A stretch of DNA of 61,645 nucleotides, filler included. It is 3 parts of 3 records of this genome, joined end to end, with 100 filler letters (N's around TTAATTAATTAA, not from the genome) between each part and the next. Parts side by side here need not be neighbours in the genome. Positions count along the whole stretch, not along the records: positions 28,046 to 52,789 come from SRR31156797_6724; positions 52,890 to 61,645 come from SRR31156797_6728; 1 more part is not named here. One strand, written 5' to 3'. Position numbers and translations under genes: made by a program. This document shows positions 48,767 through 58,256 of the stretch, piece after piece; positions within the stretch are counted from its first letter, which is position 1, and each line of letters starts with the position of its first letter. The notes below the pieces were generated by a model that was not told the origin of the DNA, ran no database searches, and saw nothing but the letters and a program-made list of their open reading frames with translations.

Positions 48767-50098
48767 TTACTCCAGAAAGTTTTTAAACCATTTTCCTGAG
48801 TATTTTACTTTTCTGATTTGGGTTTTAAAATCATTGTATACTATTCCGAAACGAGGTTCAAATCCTTCTTTCCATTCAAAATTGTCAATTAATGTCCAGA
48901 TAAAATAACCTTTAACATTAATATCGCTTTTAATTGCTTTCAATACCTGTTTTAAAACCTTGCGATGATATCTGACTCTTTTTATATCGTAGATTTCTCC
49001 ATTAGTGATATGATCTGGATAACATACGCCACTCTCGCTAATAATAATTTCATTTATGCCTTTATATTGATGATAGAATTTTAAAATCTTATACATGCCT
49101 TTAGGGTATACTTCTAGTCCCATGCTATTGGTATTTTGAGTTCTTTGGTATGGAGGAATTTCCGTAGCAAAAAGAATGAGTGGAAATAAGCTAAACTTAG
49201 TCACTACTCTGAAATAATACTGAATTCCATGAAAATCGAAATCAAATTTTAATTTTTCTTCATCTCCATCTTCAAAATATTGTTTGATTATATTCAAACC
49301 AGGCATAACATCGGTAGGGTAACCTAATCCTAGCGCAGGTTCTACAAACAATCTGTTTAATATGGTTTCCATACGTTTAGCAGCTCTTCGATTATAAAAA
49401 AACTTGTTTTTGGGCTTAATTACAGAGCAACTTAGAGCTGTACCAATCCTAGCATTAGGAACATTCTTTCTAATAATTCGACCTCCCTCAGCATTGCACA
49501 AACAAGCATGGTGCGTAGCTTTTAAAAAATTGTTCAGTCCGGTTTTTTCGGGAGCATGGTATCCCATAAAGTAGCCTAAGCCAATAAAACTCATGGGTTC
49601 GTTAAGAACAATCCATTTTTTTACTTTTTCGCCATACTCTTTACTACAAAAGTCTGCATAGCCACTAAACCAATCCAGTATTAATCTGGATGTCCAACCT
49701 CCTAAATCTTCAAGTTTTTGAGGTAAATCCCAATGATATAAAGTAATCCAGGGCTCAAGGTTATTTTTAATGCAACAATCTATAACTCTATGATAAAAAC
49801 TAACGCCTTCCGAGTTAATTTTGCCAAAACCATCTGGCAATATGCGCGTCCAGGAGATTGAAAATCTAAATACTTTTAAATTAAGACTTGCAGCTAATTC
49901 TATGTCTTTTTCAAAGTTTTGATAAAAATTACATGCATCACCAATTTCATCCTTGTTTTTGATGTTATCTGCGTTTGCGGTAAATGTATCCCAAATAGAA
50001 ATCCCTTTTCCATCTTTATCAGAGTATCCTTCGTTTTGAAACGCACTAATTGTTGTTCCCCATAAGAAGTCTTCGCCAAACTGCTTTCTTTTTATCAT
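48767..50098 (-). CDS. Glycoside hydrolase family 1 beta-glucosidase
   Basis: FLWG..SAFQ.EG, RFSISW, TLYHWDLP, NEP acid/base, ISESG nucleophile, DNFEW. Confidence 0.93.
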   Translation of the reverse strand: MIKRKQFGEDFLWGTTISAFQNEGYSDKDGKGISIWDTFTANADNIKNKDEIGDACNFYQNFEKDIELAASLNLKVFRFSISWTRILPDGFGKINSEGVSFYHRVIDCCIKNNLEPWITLYHWDLPQKLEDLGGWTSRLILDWFSGYADFCSKEYGEKVKKWIVLNEPMSFIGLGYFMGYHAPEKTGLNNFLKATHHACLCNAEGGRIIRKNVPNARIGTALSCSVIKPKNKFFYNRRAAKRMETILNRLFVEPALGLGYPTDVMPGLNIIKQYFEDGDEEKLKFDFDFHGIQYYFRVVTKFSLFPLILFATEIPPYQRTQNTNSMGLEVYPKGMYKILKFYHQYKGINEIIISESGVCYPDHITNGEIYDIKRVRYHRKVLKQVLKAIKSDINVKGYFIWTLIDNFEWKEGFEPRFGIVYNDFKTQIRKVKYSGKWFKNFLE

Positions 50099-50188
50099 AA
50101 TCACTAATGGTAGAATCAGACAACATTAGACATTATTCTTTAGCCGTTTGTTAATTTATGGTTATTTATCGATTAAAAATAATTGAGA

Positions 50189-51388
50189 TTAGCTGTTTTT
50201 AATTTCCATCCATGCACCAAATAAAGCACTTTGGTGAAGTGAGGTTAGGGGAATAAAACCACTCTCTATTTTTTGATTCTTGAGGCACAATGGATTGGAT
50301 TGAGATTGTGTTTTAACAAATTCCTTCCAATGTCCAGCTTTGAAATTTTTAACATACCATTTACCTTGGGAGCTATCATGTACATATTTGGGTAAGATAA
50401 TATTCACATTACCCATATTATATCGCCAATTGATATCCACACAAGGATGTATTTTAAATTGCTTGTCGCTGTCCATATAAATGATTGCATCTACACCAAT
50501 TGGTCCTATGTGATGCAAATGAGGCCGAACAGATTGAATAGCTTCAATCAGAATTTTAACAATAGTATTCATTTGTTCTTCACTAAACAAATAAGCAAAT
50601 GCACTGTTTATTGGTTGTTTAATATTTCCGCCAATAAAGTGTCCTTTATTATCATTTATAAAATGAGATATTCCTTTAAATTCAACACTTCCATCAGTTT
50701 TAATTTCCAGTTGAAATGAAAAATCATACACCTTATTTAATAAAGGCTCGGCAGTAAGGTAGCCTTGCTGCTTAAGAGCTCCATTTATCCATTCCTTATT
50801 AAGCGGTTTATTTATAAAATCAGCAACGTGAATTCCTCTTCCTGATGAACTCCATGGCATTTTTAAAATAATTGGAGTTCGTTTGTTCATCCATTTATCT
50901 AAATCAGAGATGGCATGTATATTAATAGCTGGAGATGGAATATTTACATATGAGTGTTGGTTGTTGTTTTCATGAATAAAACGCTGAATAATGTTGGTGG
51001 TGTTTCTACTAAAGAAGTCTTTTCGATTTTCTTCCCACTGAAAAGTTGGGAGCTTTTTAAATTCAGATGAACAAAATTGTTTTATATCTTTTAATTTATT
51101 GTGTATTGCAGGATTCCAACTCCAGGGCTTTATTTGGTTTAACTCTTTAATACTATTAAATGATGAAATAAAATTCAGTGATGGAATTCCTAACTCTTGC
51201 CATATTTTAATAAAAGAATCACCTGGAGAAACAGGTGTGTAAATAAAATCACCTTTGGAGGCAAAAAAAGAAGGCAAAAACGAAAGGTCTTCTTCAAACT
51301 TACGTAAACGAGCCGGAGGCATATAGCTTACCATGCCATTGGCGATGGCCATTTCTCCGGTTGGGTTGAAAATATATAAATTATGCAT
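50189..51388 (-). CDS. Conserved hypothetical ATP-grasp-like protein
   Basis: KMPWSSSGRG, EPLL, GPIGVD, HPCVDINWR. Confidence 0.7.
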   Translation of the reverse strand: MHNLYIFNPTGEMAIANGMVSYMPPARLRKFEEDLSFLPSFFASKGDFIYTPVSPGDSFIKIWQELGIPSLNFISSFNSIKELNQIKPWSWNPAIHNKLKDIKQFCSSEFKKLPTFQWEENRKDFFSRNTTNIIQRFIHENNNQHSYVNIPSPAINIHAISDLDKWMNKRTPIILKMPWSSSGRGIHVADFINKPLNKEWINGALKQQGYLTAEPLLNKVYDFSFQLEIKTDGSVEFKGISHFINDNKGHFIGGNIKQPINSAFAYLFSEEQMNTIVKILIEAIQSVRPHLHHIGPIGVDAIIYMDSDKQFKIHPCVDINWRYNMGNVNIILPKYVHDSSQGKWYVKNFKAGHWKEFVKTQSQSNPLCLKNQKIESGFIPLTSLHQSALFGAWMEIKNS

Positions 51389-51583
51389 TAACTTTTTTTA
51401 TGAGAATATTTTTCAAAACAAAACTACTACACAACAGTGTTAATAAGCAGACCATAGTGTTTAAAGTATGATTTTATGCAGCTTTTTTGCGTGATAATAT
51501 TCATGGACTTTATGAATTCTTATTTTTTATTTTGAATCTACAAAGTTGATAAAAAAAATATAACATTTATAAAATAGATAATC

Positions 51584-52696
51584 ATGATTATTGGAGTTCC
51601 TAAAGAGATTAAACCCGCAGAAAACAGGGTTGGTATGACTCCTTCCGGAGTTATGGAGTGTGTTAAAGCAGGTCATACTGTTTATGTTCAATCATCAGCT
51701 GGCTTAGGTACAGATTTTTATGATGAAGATTATGAAAAAGCCGGAGCAAAGATTTTAAAAACAATTGAAGAAGTTTATGAAATCGCAGAAATGATTGTTA
51801 AAGTTAAAGAACCAATTGAGCCGGAGTATAAGTTAATTAAAGAAAATCAGCTTTTATTTACTTATTTCCATTTTGCTTCATGCGAACCTTTAACCAAGGC
51901 TATGATTGAGCAAAAAGCAATTTGTTTAAGCTATGAAACAGTAGAAACACCAGACAGAAAGCTTCCATTATTAATTCCAATGTCTGAAGTAGCGGGAAGA
52001 ATGGCAACACAAGAAGGTGCTAAATATCTCGAAAGAACCTATAGAGGACGCGGTCTTTTGATGGGAGGTGTACCAGGAGTACCTCCTGCTAAGGTATTAG
52101 TTATTGGCGGTGGAGTTGTTGGAACACAAGCTGCCAAAATAGCAGCAGGAATGGGTGCAGACGTTACTATTATGGATTTAAATTTAGATCGTTTGCGTTA
52201 TTTAGATGATATTATGCCAGCTAATGTAAAAACGATGGTTCCTAACGAAATGCGCATGCGAGAGGCCGTTACTGATGTTGATGTTATAATTGGAGCTGTA
52301 TTAATTCCTGGAGCTAAAGCACCTAAATTAATTACTCGCGACATGTTGCCAACCATGAAGCAAGGAACTGTGTTAGTAGATGTAGCTATTGATCAGGGTG
52401 GATGTTTTGAAACTTCCAAACCAACTACACACGAAGATCCTACTTATATTATTGATGATGTAATTCACTATACAGTAGCTAATATGCCAGGAGCTGTGCC
52501 TTTTACATCAACTTTAGCTTTAACTAATGCAACATTCCCTTATGCTATGGAATTAGCTAATAAGGGATGGCAAAAAGCATGTCAGGATAACTCTGCATTG
52601 AAATTAGGTTTAAATATTGTTAGAGGAGACGTGGTTTATAAAGGTGTTTCGGACGCATTTAACTTACCATATAAGCCAGTAGAAGAAGTATTATAA
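51584..52696 (+). CDS. ald: Alanine dehydrogenase
   Basis: GVPKEIK..ENRV, KVKEP, PMSEVAGR, GGGVVG, DVAIDQGG, VANMPGAV. Confidence 0.97.
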   Translation: MIIGVPKEIKPAENRVGMTPSGVMECVKAGHTVYVQSSAGLGTDFYDEDYEKAGAKILKTIEEVYEIAEMIVKVKEPIEPEYKLIKENQLLFTYFHFASCEPLTKAMIEQKAICLSYETVETPDRKLPLLIPMSEVAGRMATQEGAKYLERTYRGRGLLMGGVPGVPPAKVLVIGGGVVGTQAAKIAAGMGADVTIMDLNLDRLRYLDDIMPANVKTMVPNEMRMREAVTDVDVIIGAVLIPGAKAPKLITRDMLPTMKQGTVLVDVAIDQGGCFETSKPTTHEDPTYIIDDVIHYTVANMPGAVPFTSTLALTNATFPYAMELANKGWQKACQDNSALKLGLNIVRGDVVYKGVSDAFNLPYKPVEEVL

Positions 52697-52707
52697 ACTA
52701 TAATAGG

Positions 52708-52744
52708 TAGGGGCAATTTCATTTGAGATTGCCCCTATTATTTT
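52708..52744 (+). terminator. Intrinsic terminator
   Basis: TAGGGGCAATTTC...GAGATTGCCCCTA plus T-rich tail. Confidence 0.8.
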
Positions 52745-52789
52745 GATTTATTCAGATATCAATACTTCGTTAAACTTTTAAACGGCAAT

Positions 52790-52889
52790 NNNNNNNNNNN
52801 NNNNNNNNNNNNNNNNNNNNNNNNNNNNNNNNNTTAATTAATTAANNNNNNNNNNNNNNNNNNNNNNNNNNNNNNNNNNNNNNNNNNNN
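52790..52889. other. Artificial contig spacer
   Basis: 44 N, TTAATTAATTAA, 44 N. Confidence 0.99.
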
Positions 52890-53136
52890 TTCTCTAAAAC
52901 TTTCGGAGGCTAGTGATCTCCAGTAATTATTTATTCGTAAGGATTAACTAAATATAAAGCACATTACTATTCCTAAATGTTAAATTCCTAAACTAGTAGG
53001 GACTGGTAGGTATCTTTTTACATTTTTTTTCTTATCATTGCAAATAAGTAAACAAAAGTTAATTAGTAGTAACTTTATTCTTATTGCTTTAGTGATCAGT
53101 AAATAAACAATTACATATTAAATTTTTATAGAAATT

Positions 53137-54414
53137 ATGGCACAAATAAGTTCATTAATTGAAAAAATAAACGGAGGTGATAACCCATTTTTTAAAGAGT
53201 TATACGGAACAGATTCAGCTGTATTAAAAGAGCAAGCTGATCGTTACGTAAAATATATCAATGAATTTAAAAGTATATATGGACAGGATGACATTACATT
53301 ATTGAGTTCTCCTGGTCGTACAGAAGTTGGAGGTAACCATACAGATCACCAATTAGGTCGTGTATTAGCCGGTGCTGTTAATTTAGATAATATTGCAGTG
53401 GCTGCTCCTAATGGAACTAACACTGTTAAAATTACATCTGTAGGCTTTGATCCTTTCGAAGTGGACTTATCAGATCTTTCAATTACTGAATATAAAGTAA
53501 CTCCAGGAAACCTCGTAAAAGCGATTGCAGCTGGAATTAAAGATTTAGGATTAGAAATTGGTGGTTTCGATGCAGTGATTCACGGTTGTGTACCAGAAGG
53601 TTCAGGTCTTAGCTCTTCTGCTTCTTTCGAAGTTTTGATTGGTGCTATTTTCAGTAACTTGTTTAACGATGGAAAACTTGATCCTGTAGATAATGCTAAA
53701 ATCGGACAAAAAGCAGAACACGCATGTAAGAAATTCTGTGGTTTAATGGATCAAACAGCTTGTGCTGTGGGTGGATTTATTACTATTGACTTCGAAGATC
53801 CAGCAAACCCAATTGTTAAAGCTTTAGACTTTGACTTTGCAAAAACAGGTTATTCATTAGTAATTACAAATACAGGTGGTAGCCACGGCGGTCTTGATGA
53901 AGAGTATAATGCTTTACCTGGTGAGATGAAATCTGTTGCAAAAGAATTAGGTCAAGAAGTTTTACGTCCACTTTCTATGGAAGATGTAGTAAAAGGTATT
54001 CCATCTGTAAGAGAAAAAGTTGGTGACCGTGCTTTATTGCGTTCAATTCACTTCCAGGCTGATAATGCTCGTGTTGTTGAACAAGTTTCTGCATTAGAAG
54101 GCAACAAATTTGATAAATTCTTAGAACTTGTTATTGAGTCTGGTTTTAGCTCATATATGTACAACCAGAACATTTTTGTTGGTGGAGAAACTAAACACCA
54201 AAATGTAGCACTTGGTTTAGCATTAAGTGACCTTGTTCTTAAAGGAAAAGGTGCATGGCGTGTACACGGAGGTGGATTTGCCGGAACTATTCAGGCTTTT
54301 GTTCCTAATGATTTATTAGATACTTACATCTCAACCTTAGAATCTGTGTTTGGAGAAGGTAATTGTCACAAATTATTTATTAGAGCTAAAGGTTCTGTAA
54401 AAGTAGATTTATAA
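53137..54414 (+). CDS. galK: Galactokinase (GHMP kinase)
   Basis: PGRTEVGGNHTDH, PEGSGLSSSAS, CGLMDQ, RVHGGGFAG; next to galM. Confidence 0.85.
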   Translation: MAQISSLIEKINGGDNPFFKELYGTDSAVLKEQADRYVKYINEFKSIYGQDDITLLSSPGRTEVGGNHTDHQLGRVLAGAVNLDNIAVAAPNGTNTVKITSVGFDPFEVDLSDLSITEYKVTPGNLVKAIAAGIKDLGLEIGGFDAVIHGCVPEGSGLSSSASFEVLIGAIFSNLFNDGKLDPVDNAKIGQKAEHACKKFCGLMDQTACAVGGFITIDFEDPANPIVKALDFDFAKTGYSLVITNTGGSHGGLDEEYNALPGEMKSVAKELGQEVLRPLSMEDVVKGIPSVREKVGDRALLRSIHFQADNARVVEQVSALEGNKFDKFLELVIESGFSSYMYNQNIFVGGETKHQNVALGLALSDLVLKGKGAWRVHGGGFAGTIQAFVPNDLLDTYISTLESVFGEGNCHKLFIRAKGSVKVDL

Positions 54415-54566
54415 TATTTCAAATATATGGTTGGGTATAGATTTGTTTTATACCCAACTTCATAATTTGTAACACAGGAATACATTCTTTGCTTTCTCAC
54501 ACAATCGTCTTTTTAGTCAAGAAGACAAAAGTCAAAAAAAGTAGCTTAAAATAATATAGTAACACC

Positions 54567-54574
54567 TACCTTTG
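54567..54574 (+). promoter_or_regulatory. Bacteroidetes -7 promoter element for galM
   Basis: TACCTTTG about 30 nt upstream of the ATG. Confidence 0.55.
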
Positions 54575-54602
54575 AGGTCGTGTTAAATAAATAAAACTAG
54601 AT

Positions 54603-55628
54603 ATGACAAAAGCTTCAGATGTTTTTACTTTAAAAAACAATAATAATGTTGAGGTTACCTTTATTGGAAGAGGTGGACAAATTACAGGAATTAAAGTACC
54701 TGATGCAAAAGGTAAAATTGCCGATGTAGTAATTGGTTACGATACAATTGATGCCACTTTAGCCGGAGATGGATACCTTGGCGCTCTATGCGGGCGTTTT
54801 GCAAATCGTATTGTAAAAGGAGAATTTGAGCTGGAAGGATCAAAATATCAACTAGAAATTAACAATGAGCCAAACCACTTACATGGTGGATTTGATGGTT
54901 TTAACAATAGAGTATGGGATGTAGAATCATATGCTGATGCAAAATACACCCAAGCCTACAAACTTTCTTTAGTAAGTGCCGATGGTGATCAAGGATATCC
55001 AGGAGAACTATCAGTGAGCGTCATTTATGGCCTAACTGAAGATAACGAATTTGTTATCGACTATACTGCAGAAACAAATAAAACAACGATTATTAATTTA
55101 ACCAGCCATGCATATTTCAATCTAAAAGGTGCAGGAACCGGAAGCATTGAAAATCATACTTTGGAATTAAATGCTGATAAATACACGCCAATTTCAGGAG
55201 AAATAGGTACTGTAACCGGAGAAATTGCAGAAGTGAAAGGTACTGCAATGGATTTTATCGATCCAAAGAAAATTGGAGAAGCATGTAGTAGTGATGATGC
55301 TCAAGTGAAATTAGTAGATGGAATCGATCATAATTTTGTGATTAACAGTTACGATGGTTCATTGAAATTAGCAGCTAGATTATCAGATCCTGATAGTGGA
55401 CGTGAAATGGAGGTTTATACTGACCAACCAGGTGTTCAAATTTATACAGGAAGTCACTTTGACAGTTCTGAAACTGGTAAATTAGGAGCTCCAATCGTAA
55501 AGTGGGCAGGAGTTGCTTTAGAAACTCAAATATTCCCGGATTCACCAAATAAGGAAAACTTTCCTAATGCGGTATTAAAACCTGGAGAAACATACAAGCA
55601 CACTTGCGTATATAAGTTCGGATATTAA
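54603..55628 (+). CDS. galM: Aldose 1-epimerase (mutarotase)
   Basis: GRFANRI, NHLHGG, NLTSHAYFNL, DHNF, QIYTG, LETQ. Confidence 0.96.
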   Translation: MTKASDVFTLKNNNNVEVTFIGRGGQITGIKVPDAKGKIADVVIGYDTIDATLAGDGYLGALCGRFANRIVKGEFELEGSKYQLEINNEPNHLHGGFDGFNNRVWDVESYADAKYTQAYKLSLVSADGDQGYPGELSVSVIYGLTEDNEFVIDYTAETNKTTIINLTSHAYFNLKGAGTGSIENHTLELNADKYTPISGEIGTVTGEIAEVKGTAMDFIDPKKIGEACSSDDAQVKLVDGIDHNFVINSYDGSLKLAARLSDPDSGREMEVYTDQPGVQIYTGSHFDSSETGKLGAPIVKWAGVALETQIFPDSPNKENFPNAVLKPGETYKHTCVYKFGY

Positions 55629-55648
55629 GATTTTAGTTTTCAATATAT

Positions 55649-55680
55649 AAAGCCATTCTGTATTTCAGAGTGGCTTTTTT
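55649..55680 (+). terminator. Intrinsic terminator
   Basis: AAAGCCATTCTG-tattt-CAGAGTGGCTTT plus T-run. Confidence 0.8.
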
Positions 55681-55796
55681 GTTTATTTAGCTTTTAAATA
55701 AACAAGCCATTGCCATATTTCAAGAATTTTTGACTTTTTTTGTCTATACAGTTTTTTTTGACTAGCTGTATTTTATTATATACTTAAAACTAAAAA

Positions 55797-57086
55797 ATGA
55801 AATCTACAAAAACTAAGAACTATGCTTTACCAATAGTAATGATGATATTATTATTTGGTATGATCTCTTTTGTAACCAATCTGGCCGCCCCAATGGGTGT
55901 AGTTGTTAAGTCGCAATTTGAGGCATCTAACTTTTTAGGTATGTTAGGAAATTTTGCCAATTTTCTTGCCTATCTTTTTATGGGTATACCTGCGGGTAAG
56001 CTACTGGAAAAAATAGGATATAAAAAAACTGCACTAATTGGAATTGCTGTAGGATTTGCTGGTGTTGGGGTACAGTATTTCTCCGGAATTGCTGAAAGTT
56101 TTACTGTTTATCTTTTAGGAGCATTTATAGCCGGATTTTCAATGTGTATATTAAATGTAGTGGTTAATCCAATGCTAAATACACTAGGAGGAGCTGGAAA
56201 AAAAGGAAATCAATTAATTCAAGTTGGAGCTACTTTTAATTCCTTAATGGGAACTATTGTTCCCTTATTAGTTGGTATGTTAGTTGGTATTGTCTCTAAA
56301 GATACAGCCATAAAAGATGTTAATCCTGTTCTTTTTATTGCATTGGGCATATTTGCTTTAGTAGGAATCGTACTTTATTTTGTCAACATACCAGAACCTC
56401 ATTTAAATCAGGGAGAGAATAATGTTAATAACTCAAATTATAGCGCATGGTCATTCCGTCATTTTATTTTGGGTGCAATAGGAATTGGTGTTTATGTTGG
56501 TGTTGAAGTTGGTGTTCCGGGAACTATGTTTTTCTTTTTATCTGATGCTGAAGCCGGAGCTTTAGATGCTGCAACCGCAGGAACGGTTACTGCAACATAC
56601 TGGATTTTAATGCTTGTGGGTCGATTTACCGGAGCTTCTATTGGAGGAAAAGTATCCAGCAAAACGATGCTTATTGTGGCATCCGGAACAGGCATGATAT
56701 TAGCATTTATGGCTATTGTATCGCCAGTTACCACAACAGTTTCTATTCCAGTATTTCAAAGTACTGCCAGTGGACTTTCTTTTGGTTTGGCTAATGTTCC
56801 AATTAGTGCTATGTACCTTGTATTAATAGGCCTTTGCACCTCGGTTATGTGGGGTGGCATATTTAATTTAGCTGTCGAAGGTCTTGGTAAATTTACAGCT
56901 TCTGCTTCCGGAATATTTATGACGATGGTAGTTGGAGGTGGAATCTTACCTTTAATTCAAAACGGAATAGCCGACAAATTAGGTTACATGGTTTCATACT
57001 GGGTTCCTTTTATTGGCTTAGCTTATCTTCTTTATTATTCTTTAATTGGAAGTAAAAATGTAAATACAGATATTCCTGTAAATTAA
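55797..57086 (+). CDS. MFS glucose/galactose transporter (FucP/GluP family)
   Basis: About 12 TMs; GYKKT, NP, YVGVEV, GRF, SVMWGGIFNLA. Confidence 0.92.
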   Translation: MKSTKTKNYALPIVMMILLFGMISFVTNLAAPMGVVVKSQFEASNFLGMLGNFANFLAYLFMGIPAGKLLEKIGYKKTALIGIAVGFAGVGVQYFSGIAESFTVYLLGAFIAGFSMCILNVVVNPMLNTLGGAGKKGNQLIQVGATFNSLMGTIVPLLVGMLVGIVSKDTAIKDVNPVLFIALGIFALVGIVLYFVNIPEPHLNQGENNVNNSNYSAWSFRHFILGAIGIGVYVGVEVGVPGTMFFFLSDAEAGALDAATAGTVTATYWILMLVGRFTGASIGGKVSSKTMLIVASGTGMILAFMAIVSPVTTTVSIPVFQSTASGLSFGLANVPISAMYLVLIGLCTSVMWGGIFNLAVEGLGKFTASASGIFMTMVVGGGILPLIQNGIADKLGYMVSYWVPFIGLAYLLYYSLIGSKNVNTDIPVN

Positions 57087-57107
57087 ATATGTTGGATATA
57101 TAAAATC

Positions 57108-57137
57108 AGGAGGTTAGTTGATCTGACCTCCTTTTTT
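57108..57137 (+). terminator. Intrinsic terminator
   Basis: AGGAGGTTAG-ttgat-CTGACCTCCT plus T-run. Confidence 0.82.
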
Positions 57138-57380
57138 ATTTCCTCTCTCCTATCTCGCTCTTTCATATTATCTTTCTGTTAAATCAGTGCATGGTCAATA
57201 TTTTGACGTTATAATTACTACTTTTGCGAAGTCTATTTCAATCAATGTTTTGTTAAGTTGCATTAAGCCATGTCAATTTTGTCTCAGGAATGACAAAACA
57301 ATTATGATTGAAAACAAAGACTAGTACAACCTAAAAATTTAAAATTAGGCTGATTACAATGGCTCCTTATAGGCTCTTGT

Positions 57381-57959
57381 ATGAATGCAAAGGATATTAA
57401 CATGAAGAAGAAAGAAGTAATTATAAATGGTGCTATTGAGTTATTTGTAGCCAAGGGATTTTCTGCATCTACCAACGAGCTAATCAGTAGAATAGGAATT
57501 GCAAAAGGCACACTTTATCATCACTTTAAAAGTAAAGATCAACTTATTGTTGAAATTTATAAAACCTTAATGTTTGAAATAGAATCCGAATGTGTTTCGG
57601 AAATGTCTGAAGAAGAAGATCCACAGGCCTACACCAAAGATGTATTTGGAAAAATAGTTCGCTGGTTTATAAAAAACCCCAATAAATTCCACTATATCAA
57701 CAGCTTCGAAGCTAGTCCTTACATAAAAATACACGCCCTTTCTGTTCGTGAAACCCTGAGCGGACCGCAAAAGAACATTATGCAAAAAGTAAACATGGGT
57801 GTAATGAAAAACTACAATACAGAGCTGATAACCTTCTTTGATTTTGCATTTACCAGATCTACTGCAAATTACTTTTTAACCCAAACAAACCCTATTTCTT
57901 CATTCAAAAAAGAGTTTGACGAAGCTTTTGACCTATATTGGAGCGGCGCATCCAGATAA
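57381..57959 (+). CDS. TetR/AcrR family transcriptional regulator
   Basis: LFVAKGF..ST..L...GIAKGTLYHHFKSKDQL HTH. Confidence 0.93.
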   Translation: MNAKDINMKKKEVIINGAIELFVAKGFSASTNELISRIGIAKGTLYHHFKSKDQLIVEIYKTLMFEIESECVSEMSEEEDPQAYTKDVFGKIVRWFIKNPNKFHYINSFEASPYIKIHALSVRETLSGPQKNIMQKVNMGVMKNYNTELITFFDFAFTRSTANYFLTQTNPISSFKKEFDEAFDLYWSGASR

Positions 57960-58163
57960 TTTTTATATTTTTTTTCAACAACACCCCTATTTTTACCAAC
58001 ACCCTAAACTATTTACTATCTTCCCTGTTTACTTTCTATAATCTATAGATGTAAGTATCTGTAGATGTATCATATATATATACAATACACATCGATTATT
58101 TTAAAATTAAAACAATTAATGTGTTCATCTAACATTACATTAACACATATTTAATAATTATTA

Positions 58164-58183
58164 AACCGACTTGTCGGTCGGTT
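58164..58183. promoter_or_regulatory. TetR-type operator upstream of the TonB-dependent receptor
   Basis: ACCGAC-tt-GTCGGT perfect palindrome, GC-rich within AT-rich DNA. Confidence 0.65.
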
Positions 58184-58256
58184 ATCTTCATATTTGCAGC
58201 AAAATATTTATACATTTGTTACAAAAATATTACAACCTAAATTCAATAATTTAAAC

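Noticed and set aside
48767-50098. GH1 inactivation (ESG instead of ENG)
   Set aside because: Both catalytic glutamates (NEP and ESG) are retained
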